Below, piece after piece: positions 34,801 to 46,045 of a stretch of 64,000 nt of DNA. How positions within the stretch are numbered: position 1 is the first letter of the stretch; each line of letters opens with the position of its first letter. The translations under genes were made by a program, and so were the position numbers. Source of the stretch: Phaeosaccion multiseriatum (taxonomy: Eukaryota > Protista > Ochrophyta, other classes). The notes below the pieces were generated by a model. That model was not told where the DNA came from. It was given only the letters and a program-made list of their open reading frames with translations, and did not search any database. The DNA lies in the NCBI GenBank assembly GCA_965112735.1, contig OZ218955.1, forward strand, positions 2,356,001 through 2,420,000, in the 5' to 3' direction.

Positions 34801-35820
34801 AAGTCGTGCTTTTGCTAGACTGGTACCTACCCTCTGAATTCAGACCGGGAGGTACCAGTCTAGCAAAAGCACGACTTCTAACAAGCCCTAATGCTAGAAG
34901 TCGAACCCCCCCCCCCCCACCGCACATAGTGGAGAGAAGTAACTCGCAGTCTGGGAATCAGACTAATGGGTGCCAGCCGGTACCAGTTTTCGCCGAAAAA
35001 CACACTTTTTTCACAAGCTACAGCCAGGATTCGAACTCGCAATGGCCTTGTTAGAAGTCGTGCTTTTGCTAGACTGGTACCTACCCTCTGAATTCAGACC
35101 GGGAGGTACCAGTCTAGCAAAAGCACGACTTCTAACAAGGCCATTGCGAGTTCGAATCCTGGCTGTAGCTTGTGAAAAAAGTGTGTTTTTCGGCGAAAAC
35201 TGGTACCGGCTGGCACCCATTAGTCTGATTCCCAGACTGCGAGTTACTTCTCTCCACTATGTGCGGTGGGGGGGGGGGGGTTCGACTTCTAGCATTAGGG
35301 CTTGTTAGAAGTCGTGCTTTTGCTAGACTGGTACCTCCCGGTCTGAATTCAGAGGGTAGGTACCAGTCTAGCAAAAGCACGACTTCTAACAAACGGTTGC
35401 AAACACAAGAGGTGCCCCCAATGCTAACGGTTGCAAGGGCTTGCGCTACGCACACGCATCTAGTAGAAGTTTGAGAGCCTGGGCTTGATTATGTGTGTGA
35501 AGATGGTCCGCACGTCTAGCCCAAGGTTTTTTCTTTTCCACCCACCCACCCATCTAGATTAGTTTTAGTACTTAGTAGTTAGATACTCAGTAGTTAAGGG
35601 GGGGATGAGCGGCTCCTCGGAACCGCTACCCCCAAAGGCCCGTGCTCGCCCCCGTCAGGGAAGCGACACCCCGGAGACACTGTGTGCCCCGAGGTGAGTC
35701 CCTTTCAGGACTGCACTCTTAATGAAAAGTTTATCCCCCAACATTGGCGACGACTGGATGAGGAGGAGCGAGGCCTCTCAATGGGTACCCAGTTTCGATT
35801 GAGCGCAACGACTGCGAGAA
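31872..35820 (+). mobile_element. Complete non-autonomous split-direct-repeat element A1-internal-B1-A2-C-B2 (TOC1/PAT/Ngaro-like architecture)
   Basis: A1 31872-~32388, B1 34196-34416, A2 34417-~35537 (interrupted), C, B2 35598-35820. No TSD; ~20 bp of satellite is missing at the site. Confidence 0.87.
34795..35391. mobile_element. Family H2 mini-element as a palindromic dimer (597 bp): H-core-H-rc core-rc H
   Basis: Hairpins at 34795-34883, 35049-35137 and 35303-35391. The cores 34884-35048 and 35138-35302 are reverse complements. TSD AACG. Confidence 0.92.
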
Positions 35821-35913
35821 GCCCAAACGAGGCATTTGCTGGCCACACCATACCCGAGCAGGCCATTGGACGACTGCGACTGGCCCAACCGACACACCAC
35901 ATGGCCACAACGC

Positions 35914-36437
35914 CGCTGCTTCAGCAGCGAAGCCACGGAAGTTCCGTTCTCGCGGCGGAGTGGAGTCGACGGAGAAACAGGGTATTGAGAGCCGAGGGGA
36001 GGTGGAGCGTGAGCGCGTGTGTGGACCCCGAGGGAGCTGGTAGGATAGATTATATTTATGGCAGCAGATGGAAAACAACGGATTTGGATTTTCCGCTGGA
36101 GCTCAGAAGAGGAGGAGCCCTGCTGTACTCGCCACCCTACCGTGATTGAAGGAGATAGAGAGCAGGTGCGGGAGCGTGTACAAGCAGGGAGGAGAGTAGA
36201 GACCGATATGGTGTAGGAAAGCAAGGATCGCAGTAGGGCCCGACTGCTTCTCTTGTGAGGGTGAAGGTGCTGTGTGCTTACTTGTGTCATGCTAACTGTC
36301 GCAAACACAAGAGGTGCCCCCAATGCTAACTGTCGCAAGGGCTCGCGCTACGCACACGCATCTAGTAGAAGTTTGAGAACCTTGGCCTGACCCGCTAGCA
36401 AGATGGTGCTCTCGTCTAGCCAAAGGTTTTTTCTTTC
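35914..36437 (+). mobile_element. Solo A repeat inserted in satellite
   Basis: Runs from CGCTGCTTCAGC to AAGGTTTTTTCTTTC. The flanks rejoin as CAACGCCGC/CAAGTTGG. Confidence 0.85.
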
Positions 36438-39400
36438 AAGTTGGAACTGGCATGGGCCCAAAACGCCCAATCTGGCCCCTCGAGGGACCCAAAGCCAGGG
36501 TTTGTGGGGCCCAAACAGCCCAAACGAGGCAATTGCTGGCCACACCATGCCCGCGCAGGCCGATGCATGACTGCGACTGGCCCAACCGACACACCACATG
36601 GCCACAACGCCGCCAAGTTGGAGCTGGCATGGGCCCAAAACGCCCAATCTGGCCCCTCACTGGACCCAAAGCCGGGGTTTGTGGGGCCCAAACAGCCCAA
36701 ACGAGGCAATTGCTGGCCACACCATACCCGCGCAGGCCATTGGATGACTACGACTGGCCCAACCGACACACTACATGGCCACAACGCCGCCAAGGTGGAA
36801 CTGGCATGGGCCCAAAACGCCCAATCTGGCCCCTCACTGGACCCAAAGCCGGGGTTTGTGGGGCCCAAACAGCCCAAACGAGGCATTTGCTGGCCACACC
36901 ATACCCGCGCAGGCCGTTGGATGACTACGACTGGCCCAACCGACACACTACATGGCCACAACGCCGCTAATTTGGAACTGACATGGGCCCAAAACGCCCT
37001 ATCTTGCCCCTCACTGGACCCAAAGCCGGGGTTTGTGGGGCCCAAACAGCCCAAACGAGGCATTTGCTGGCCACACCATGCTCGCGCAGGCCATTGGATG
37101 ACTGCGACTGGCCCAACCGACACACTACATGGCCACAACGCCGCTAATTTGGAACTGACATGGGCCCAAAACGCCCTATCTTGCCCCTCACTGGACCCAA
37201 AGCCGGGGTTTGTGGGGCCCAAACAGCCCAAACGAGGCATTTGCTGGCCACACCATGCCCGCGCAGGAGACTGGATGACTATGACTGGCCCAATCGACAC
37301 ACTACATGGCCACAACGCCGCCAAGTTGGAACTGGCATGGGCCCAAAACGCCCAATCTGGCCCCTCACTGGACCCAAAGCCGGGGTTTGTGGGGCCCAAA
37401 CAGCCCAAACGAGGCATTTGCTGGCCACACCATACCCGCGCAGGCCGTTGGATGACTACGACTGGCCCAACCGACACACTACATGGCCACAACGCCGCTA
37501 ATTTGGAACTGACATGGGCCCAAAACGCCCTATCTTGCCCCTCACTGGACCCAAAGCCGGGGTTTGTGGGGCCCAAACAGCCCAAACGAGGCATTTGCTG
37601 GCCACACCATGCTCGCGCAGGCCATTGGATGACTGCGACTGGCCCAACCGACACACTACATGGCCACAACGCCGCTAATTTGGAACTGACATGGGCCCAA
37701 AACGCCCTATCTTGCCCCTCACTGGACCCAAAGCCGGGGTTTGTGGGGCCCAAACAGCCCAAACGAGGCATTTGCTGGCCACACCATGCCCGCGCAGGAG
37801 ACTGGATGACTATGACTGGCCCAATCGACACACTACATGGCCACAACGCCGCCAAGTTGGAACTGGCATGGGCCCAAAACGCCCAATCTGGCCCCTCACT
37901 GGACCCAAAGCCGGGGTTTGTGGGGCCCAAACAGCCCAAACGAGGCATTTGCTGGCCACACCATACCCGCGCAGGCCATTGGACGACTGCGACTGGCCCA
38001 ACCGACACACCACATGGCCACAACGCCGCCAAGTTGGAACTGGCATGGGCCCAAAACGCCCAATCTGGCCCCTCGAGGGACCCAAAGCCAGGGTTTGTGG
38101 GGCCCAAACAGCCCAAACGAGGCATTTGCTGGCCACACCATGCCCGCGCAGGCCGATGCATGACTGCGATTGGCCCAACCGACACACCACATGGCCACAA
38201 CGCCGCCAAGTTGGAGCTGGCATGGGCCCAAAACGCCCAATCTGGCCCCTCACTGGACCCAAAGCCGGGGTTTGTGGGGCCCAAACAGCCCAAACGAGGC
38301 AATTGCTGGCCACACCATACCCGCGCAGGCCATTGGATGACTACGACTGGCCCAATCGACACACCACATGGCCACAACGCCGCCAAGTTGGAGCTGGCAT
38401 GGGCCCAAAACGCCCAATCTGGCCCCTCACTGGACCCAAAGCCGGGGTTTGTGGGGCCCAAACAGCCCAAACGAGGCAATTGCTGGCCACACCATACCCG
38501 CGCAGGCCGTTGGATGACTGCGACTGGCCCAACCGACACACTACATGGCCACAACGCCGCTAATTTGGAACTGACATGGGCCCAAAACGCCCTATCTTGC
38601 CCCTCACTGGACCCAAAGCCGGGGTTTGTGGGGCCCAAACAGCCCAAACGAGGCATTTGCTGGCCACAACATACCCGCGCAGGCCATTGGATGACTATCA
38701 CTGGCCCAACCGACAAACTACATGGCCACAACGCCGCCTATTTGGAACTGGCATGGGCCCAAAACGCCCAATCTGGCCCCTCACGAGATCCAAAGCCGGG
38801 GTTTGTGAGGCCCCAACAGCCCAAACGAGGCATTTGCTGGCCACACCATGCCCGCACAGGGCATGGGTTAAGCACCACAGGCCCAACCGACACACTAGAT
38901 CGCCCAAACGCCGCCAAGTCGGAACTACAATGGGCACTAAAGGCCCGGTCTGGACCCTTGCGAGATCTAAACCCAAGATTTCAGGCCCAAACAGCCCAAA
39001 CGAGGCATTTGCTGGCCACACCAAGTCCACGCAGGGCATTGGTTCAGTACGACTGCCCCAATCGACACACTTCATAGCCACAACGCCGCCTATTTGGAAC
39101 TGGGATGGGCTCAAACAACCAATTTGGCCCTGTGCTGGGCCCAAAGCCGGGGCTTGCGGCGCACGAACAGCTTAAACGAGGCATTTGCTGGCCTCAACAT
39201 GCCCGCGCAGGGCATTGGCTCAGCACGACAGGCCCAACTGACACACCAGATTGCCACAACACCGCCAAATCGGGCGTGGGATGGGCCCAAAAGGCCCAAT
39301 CTGGCCCTTAGCTCGGCCCGAAGTCCGCATTTGCGGGGCACGAACAGCCCAAGCGAGGCTTTTGCTGGCGTGTGGCATTGGCGTAGCACAACATGCCTAA

Positions 39401-39590
39401 TCAATACACTAAATCGCCACAACGCCGCCAAGTCGGCTCAAAAGGCCCATTCTACTGGCCCTTGCAGCACACAAAAAGCGCGTTTGCGGTTGAGGAGCAG
39501 CCGAAAGGAGGCCCTTGCTGGCCACAACATGCACACGCCGGTATTGACTAAGTAAGCACAAACAGCCCAAGCGAGACACACTTGCTGGTT
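36438..39590. repeat. 177-bp satellite, terminal block; 3-mer HOR, degenerating after ~38800
   Basis: Variant-defined 531-bp duplication (36901 vs 37432); monomers become progressively diverged over 38800-39590. Confidence 0.93.
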
Positions 39591-40128
39591 TCCAAAGCGG
39601 TGCCCAAACGTCAAGAGTCCCTCCCCCCGTTATGTGGCCCCTTCCAAAGTCAGCGTCTCCAATCAGTGCCACCCTCCTCCATACAGACAGACAGTTCGTT
39701 TGGGATTCATCAGCGAAGCTGTCCAATCCCCGCATTGTGACCCCCCATCTAGAGACCTCAGGGCGCGGGGTGTGTGCCAAAAGCACACGCCATCCCAGCC
39801 CAAGCAAAACCTCCTGAATTGATGTCTGTGGCGTGCAAAACCACTCGTAGCATCTGCCCTCCTCGCTCCACGGTCGCATGCGAACAATCTGTTTACGATA
39901 GCTCGTACCGTGTGCATCTATGTGCTTCTCCACACACGACACAGAACTCTCGCTGTCTCCGCACGAGGAAAGTAATATTGTTCCCTTCTCCAGCTCAAAC
40001 AGGAACAAAAAAGGGCGGATAAAATCCGATGGCAGCTCATGTCCTTTCGTCCCTCTCCTCCACCGTGATTTCTGCAGCGCTCACAGCTCAATCCAGACGC
40101 AGTAGTTGTAGTGCACGACAGCGGGAAT

Positions 40129-40613
40129 ATGAGCTGGAGAGGATCGCTTGCAAGGAGCGTGAAGGAAGTGCGCTTTTGCCTGTGTCCCACTGGGGAAGCC
40201 AGCGAAGGAGCCAGGTAGGTGCTGAGAGGGAAATTGTAGCTTTGGCCTTAATGCCTCTCACATGTTCTCGTTTATGCAGGGCCTTCGTGGCGAAGAACTA
40301 CGGGGAGATTAAGAAGTTGAACCCGTCCTTGCCATTCCTGGTTCGAGAAGCCACCGGCATCAAGCCGTACATGCTGGCAGAGCTCGGTGAGTGAAGTGGG
40401 GGTTGGGGGTGGCTTCTCAAACGGTGTGGAGCAGGATGACAGGAAATTGAACTTCTGTCTGCCGCCTGACCCTCCGCGCCCCCCTCCGACTAACAAATAA
40501 CTCGCCGCCTCCGGCTCTCAGGCATGGGAAAGCGAGACCGAGTTGAACTGGACGGGTTATCAGAGCAAGACATTGAAAGTAGCCTTCAGCGCTTAGCCGA
40601 AGGACCAGCATGA
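40129..40613 (+). CDS. NDUFA2: NADH:ubiquinone oxidoreductase subunit A2 (B8), 3 exons
   Basis: MSWRGSLARSVKEVRFCLCPTGEASEGAR / AFVAKNYGEIKKLNPSLPFLVRE / ...LDGLSEQDIESSL; GT-AG introns. Confidence 0.9.
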
Positions 40614-40637
40614 TCATAAACCAATGAGTGATTTCCT

Positions 40638-43600
40638 TTAAAATGATGGGAAGGCCGCCTCGCCAGCTGCTGGGCCTGCCTCATCGAAGGCGTCAAAGCT
40701 GTTTCCACCGGCTGCTGCCGTCGCGCCAGCCTGGGCAAAGGGGTCGCTACTGTTGTCTCCAAAGGCGGCGAAGTTGTCCGCCGAGTTCGGAACTGAAAAG
40801 CCGGCTCCGTCGCCCTCGGCATTCTTGTGTGCTCCATCCGCAAAGGGGTCGGCAGCGATGGGTGCAGCTGCGTGGGGGCGGAGGCAGGATGGTGGTGAGA
40901 GATGAGACGCTGTCGTTTCGAAGGTGTCAGTGGCCAATAACATTTGCTGCTTTCAGCAACTCCATACCTTGAAACGCCGAGGAGGAGAAGGGATCTGCAG
41001 GGCTGGCCTCTCCCATAGCATTGGGCGCCCCTGCTGCTGCTCCGCCTTGTAAAGAATCTAAGGGCTTGGAAGCGAACGGTTCTGCCACAGCAGCAAACGG
41101 ATCTTCCCCCCCGTCCTCAAAGGTAGAAGAAGAGAGATTCGATGCCATTGCTGGTGCTGGTGCTGGTGCAGGTGGAACAGCAGGAAGCGCTTTGGGCGAC
41201 ACGCCTGGCTTGGGGGGGGGGGGTGGTGGGGAAGGAGGAGGAACGGGTGGTTCCTCCGGTCTAGTCTGCTCAGCCTCAAACGTCGGAAAAGCTTCCTCCG
41301 TAGCACTCGGTACAGCGGGTGCGCTCGGAAGAGAGTTCGCATGTGTTGGTTGCGACTCTTCTTGCCGCTGACCATTCCTTAGAGATTGGGCGTATCCCTC
41401 TACTGCCCGGAGTGTCTTGTTTGACTCCTGCACTTCCTCGCTGAGGCGAACCTATACACACACACACACACACACACACACATAAGTGGAGCGAAGGTGG
41501 GACAGGCGTGAGACACATGCGCCGCGCACTGCTCCCTCATCACAGGCAGGCAGCCCCGTCCGCCTCTTACCTCCTCCCCCGCTAAGCCGTCCATGGCGGC
41601 ATGCAACGCCTCAATTTCTGCAAGCGCCGAAGCCCGCTGTATTGCCTTCTCCTGCACTTGCCGCCTCAGGTCACCAAGTGACACCTCTCTCTCCTAGAGG
41701 AAAGGAAACGAGGTAGGGGGGGCGTTGTAAGGCATGCGCGTCCCTCCTCTCGGCTGCTGAGTGCTTGGACCTCGTACAATGGTACCTGTCGTTGCTGCCT
41801 CAACCTCGCAAGCTCAGTGGAAACAGTCTCGAGTTCCGCGCCCATCTCTTCGAGCAGTCGCTCATTCTCAACATACTCTTCCTGGCTGCCCTCCAGAATC
41901 GCCCCCAGAGACACCTAGTTATTGGGTTGCGCATGCAGTTGAGGGGACTTGCTCTTGCTCTCGAGAGCTACACGAGTAAGTGCATGACTGTCTCTCTTTA
42001 CCTTCTCTTGCTTCATTTTCTGAAGCAGCCTTTTCAGGTTCTCAACGCTTCCGCGTTGCGCATCCATACCCTGTCGGTGCTGAGTCGTCGCGTGCCTCGC
42101 CACACCCATTAACTCCTCTCCTGCCGCCACAACATCCGAGGATAAGTCCCCGCCTACTGCGTCACCCATAAGCGCGCTACCTCCCGAAGCCAGACTGCCA
42201 CGCGACGAGTAAAGGGAATCCTTTCGTTGGAGAGACGCGCCCTCCCCCCCTGCCACCATTGTAGACGACGCGCCTCCGTTGCTTGGCGGGGCCTGGGAGG
42301 GGGCCGCTGCAGCGCCCATGGAAGGAGGTACAGGAGGACTCGAACCTACCAATGCCTGGGCTCCCACTCCACCAGTGTCCGCCTCAGGGCTGGCGACCGG
42401 CGCTTCCCCAGCGGGAGACGGTCCCGGGGTAGACATGGAGTGCTCATCTAGCCCGCTGAACGCATCCCCAATGATGTCCGCTGCAATCGAGTGGGAGGTC
42501 CAATCAAAGTGAGTCACAATCGTAGCAGTGGAGGAGGACACCCGCACCACCTACCTGGAGCAGCGCTCTGGAGGCTGGCTGGGGGGACGACGGCTGGGAA
42601 TTGCGGCTGCACGAGGGACTGCTGACTGCCATCTGCTGCCGCCCCAGGTCTGTCCAACAAGGCAGGCGGGAGGCTTGTCGGGAAGGGCATCCCCTTCTTG
42701 GACACGCACACAATGACATGCATGGCGACATTGAATTCCTGCTTGCTCAACTGGACACCAACACAGACAAGAGGGAAACGGGTCAGCAAAAACATCTTCG
42801 CCCCCCCGACCCAGCCGCACCGGCTAGTACCTTCGAGTCCTTGTCCGCATCAGCCAATTCCCAGACTTGCCGCAGGTGCTGTCTCGACAGGCCACTTTTA
42901 CTGAACAAAGCCACGGCCTCCTGCACAGATTGTCATGTGAGAAGACGAGAAATGAAACAGCACTACACAAAGACAGTGTGTGCCCCACCTGTCCTGTCAT
43001 GAAACCATCTCCATCCCCGTCGTATTGGAGGAAGAGGGAGTCGTATCTCGCTCTGTCCTGGGGAGACATGGCCCACGGATCTCCACCCGCTGCTGCGCCA
43101 ACCTGTTCGGCAAAGCAATCAAGCAATCGCGCGGCAGCAGCAGAGAGCAGCAGCCGTCAACGGTTTGCGTCTTCCCTCCGTTCTGCAAGGGGATAGCATG
43201 CTCACCTGAGGCGCCACAGCTGGTGGTGGCGGACAATCGGCCATTCTGGCGATTGGAAGACTCTGCTGCCCCGTTTCCCTGGCGAGTCGCTCGTGGGTCA
43301 AAGGCAGTCCCGGCGAAGACTGAGCCAGAGCAATGAAGCTCATGGCGACATTGAACTCCTGCTTACTCAGCTGCACCACCAAAGGTGGGGGAAAGCGGTC
43401 AGGAGGTTCTTCTTGGTTCCTCTGTTGCCGTCATGTTTGTTCGCCACCCCACCCCCCCCAAAAAACTCGTCGTACCTTCGAGTCCTTGTCGGCGTCAGCC
43501 AGTTCCCACACCGTCTTCAGAACGGCCATGTCCAGATTGCTCTTCTTCAAGAACTCAACCGCAGCTGGGCCTGCGAGGAAGCCCGTGCTCTGCGCGTCTG

Positions 43601-43739
43601 CAATCTGAAAGAGCTGCTCATAGTAAGGCTCGAGGGGGGGAAGGCCTGGGACAGACTGTGGGACATTGCCCCCCATGCCTTCCGCCAGCATGGCCTGGAC
43701 GTTGCCGCCCACGGCGGTCTGAAATCGACTGAAATCCAT
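40638..43739 (-). CDS. Eps15-like endocytic adaptor: two EH domains, coiled coil, Pro-rich region, DPF repeats (multi-exon)
   Basis: VWELADADKDSKLSKQEFNVAM occurs twice; WAMSPQDRARYDSLF; several DPF motifs near the C-terminus. Confidence 0.85.
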
Positions 43740-43837
43740 GGACTGGACCGGAGAAGAAGCCTTCACACAGTGCGGCATTCAGGCGAAGGGGGGAATATTT
43801 ATTTCAGTTTCAATTCTTTCGTTCCTTCTTCTTTTTA

Positions 43838-45926
43838 TCACCAACCCTTGCTCTTGACATTGCTGGTCTTTCCGGTGGAGGCTGCCTTACCCGCGCCCCC
43901 TTCCCCCCTGCCCCCATACTGCCCGCCCCGGAAGTCGCCCCCCCCGGCTGCGGGTGGCTGCCCCTCTCTCCTGCGCTCTGTTCGCCTCTGCTGCTCTTCT
44001 TCTCGACGCTTCCGCTCCTGCGGGCATGCACGTGCGTCGATGACTCAGTCTACATGAGTCCAGGCAGGCGACCAATGTTATTGTTCGTACCTCTTCGTCT
44101 TTGGCTGCTCTACGCTTCTTGAGATCGTACTCGTGACAGGGTGCCAGGCAGAGGCTCGGTAGGTCCTCTGGCCGTCCCGCCCGTGGCTCTGTCCAGAAGT
44201 AATCATGGTCCAGGGCCTGAGCAACGACAGAAGAGTTATTTGGTATCAAGAGCCCTGGGCGGGGGAGACAAACTGATAGGGAGAGCCATACCTGATTGGC
44301 AGAAATTCTGGTCTTGGGATTGAGAGTCAACAGCTTCCCGAGCAAATCCCTCATCTGGTGACGGAGAGGGAAATTAGGCTTGACCAATTCTTTGGAATGG
44401 AGGGAAGGCATGGAGGCTTGCTTACCTTTGGATCCCACATCTCAAATCGCTTTTCAATTTGACTCTCCTTGGGGCTCTGTAGAATCTGACAGGGGAAGGT
44501 TAAGATGGGTAAGTCTCTTAAGTAAAAGATGCAACAACAACAACAACAACAACAACAAGAGCCATACCTTTTCCGAGTACTTGGGCCAGTCAGGTAGTTT
44601 GTCAACCCCCGGCCATGTGCTTGTCGTCGGACTACCACACAAGGAGAAGATTAGGTCGAGCTGCTCCATCTCATTGTTGCCCCTCAAAATCGCTCGTCCT
44701 GCGGCGCGATGCGCGTGAGCATACACGGTCCACGGGCAGGGCACACCCTGCGCCTCTCTGAGGACCCACCTTCCTTCATTTCGGCGAAAATGCAACCAAC
44801 GCTCCACATGTCCACCTCCGGTCCATACTGCATTGACAATGGACGGGAGAGGACGCTGTTGTAAGCGGACTCTGCCGTCCTCGGGAGGTGGGAGTGGGAA
44901 AAAAACACAAGACTACGCACATTGGTTGTCCGCAAGAGGAGCTCGGGAGGCCTGTACCACAGGGTGATGACCGTTCGAGTCTTGGTGGCCACGCCCTCGT
45001 AAAAAGAGCGTGCAAGCCCCAAGTCCCCAATTTTCAGCTCCCCCTTGGCGTTAACAAGCAAGTTGGCTCCCTTGAGGTCTCGATGCATCATCTGCTCGCC
45101 TCCCCAAAAAATCAGGAGCGCACAAAGTCAGGCTTCGCGCAGTGGAGGAGGGGGGGGGGGGGGAGGGTGCGACGAAATCATGCGCAGAGGATTATCGCAC
45201 CTTGTCGCTATGCATGGAAGCCACGCCCTCCAGAAGCTGCATCATGTAGCACTTGATGTGCTGCGCGCTAATTGCCACCCCCAATCCCTCGTTCCGACTG
45301 CTGATGATGGCCGACAAGTCGTACTCCAAGTACTCAAACACCATGTACACATCCCCGGGTTTTCCTCCTTCCACAGTGCCGTTCTGCCACGAAGAAGAAG
45401 CGCGTTAACAGAAGAAAGGCAGCGACACATGTGTCCTCCCTCCTCACCTTGTCCATTACGACTTCCAGCAGCTTCACAATGTTACGATGGTTCAAGCTCT
45501 TGAGAATTCGGATCTCCCTCACACTCGTTATTGGAAAGCCGTCGTTACGCTGTGCGGGGTCCTGGTCAGTCTTGATCATCTTCAGCCCCCAAGGAAGGAA
45601 GGGTAAGAAGGAGTTGCCTTGAGGGCCAAGCCGGTGCCGCAGAAAGCCCAAACGCGCCCTCTCACCTTCAGGGCGACAATTTGGCCTGTGGTGGGTTCCT
45701 GCGCCTTCCAGACTTTACCATACTGGCCCTCGCCAAGGGGCTCGAGGAGGTTGTACACAGATACGTCCCTGGCTCTCCTCTTCTTCCATTGCGGATGGAC
45801 CTCCACCACCGAGGAAGGGAGAGGGCGTTTGTTTCCGCTTCGCCCTGCACCCCTTGGCACAGCGCCAGTAGAAGAAGTGGCAGCAGCAGCTCCCTCGTCT
45901 GACTTTGTTTCTGCGGAGGAAGACAT
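43838..45926 (-). CDS. Cyclin-dependent kinase, CDK9/CDK12/CDKC-like (multi-exon)
   Basis: [59 protein letters not shown]. Confidence 0.92.
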
Positions 45927-46045
45927 GTTGAATGAGGATACAATGGGACCCTTCCCGCTTTTCCCCGCTGTGATTTTGGATGGATGCCCAACACATGTGG
46001 GAGGGTGCGAGCTGGGCTGCATAGCTGCTGCTGGGACGCCGGAAC

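Noticed and set aside
35140-35175. tRNA gene in the H2 core
   Set aside because: There is a B-box-like motif only; the T-stem does not pair and no cloverleaf forms.
1-39100. Long ORFs (up to 878 aa) in the satellite
   Set aside because: 177 bp equals 59 codons and the monomer is stop-poor, so several frames on both strands are open. The +4 variants shift frame freely, so these are artefacts.
1-39590. CRISPR array or telomeric repeat interpretation
   Set aside because: There are no unique spacers and no cas genes, and the context is eukaryotic. CCCAAA motifs are dispersed in the monomer, not a tandem telomere tract.
39409-40046. Possible minus-strand gene at the array edge
   Set aside because: No recognisable domain, non-ATG or fragmented frames, and the ORF runs into decayed satellite.
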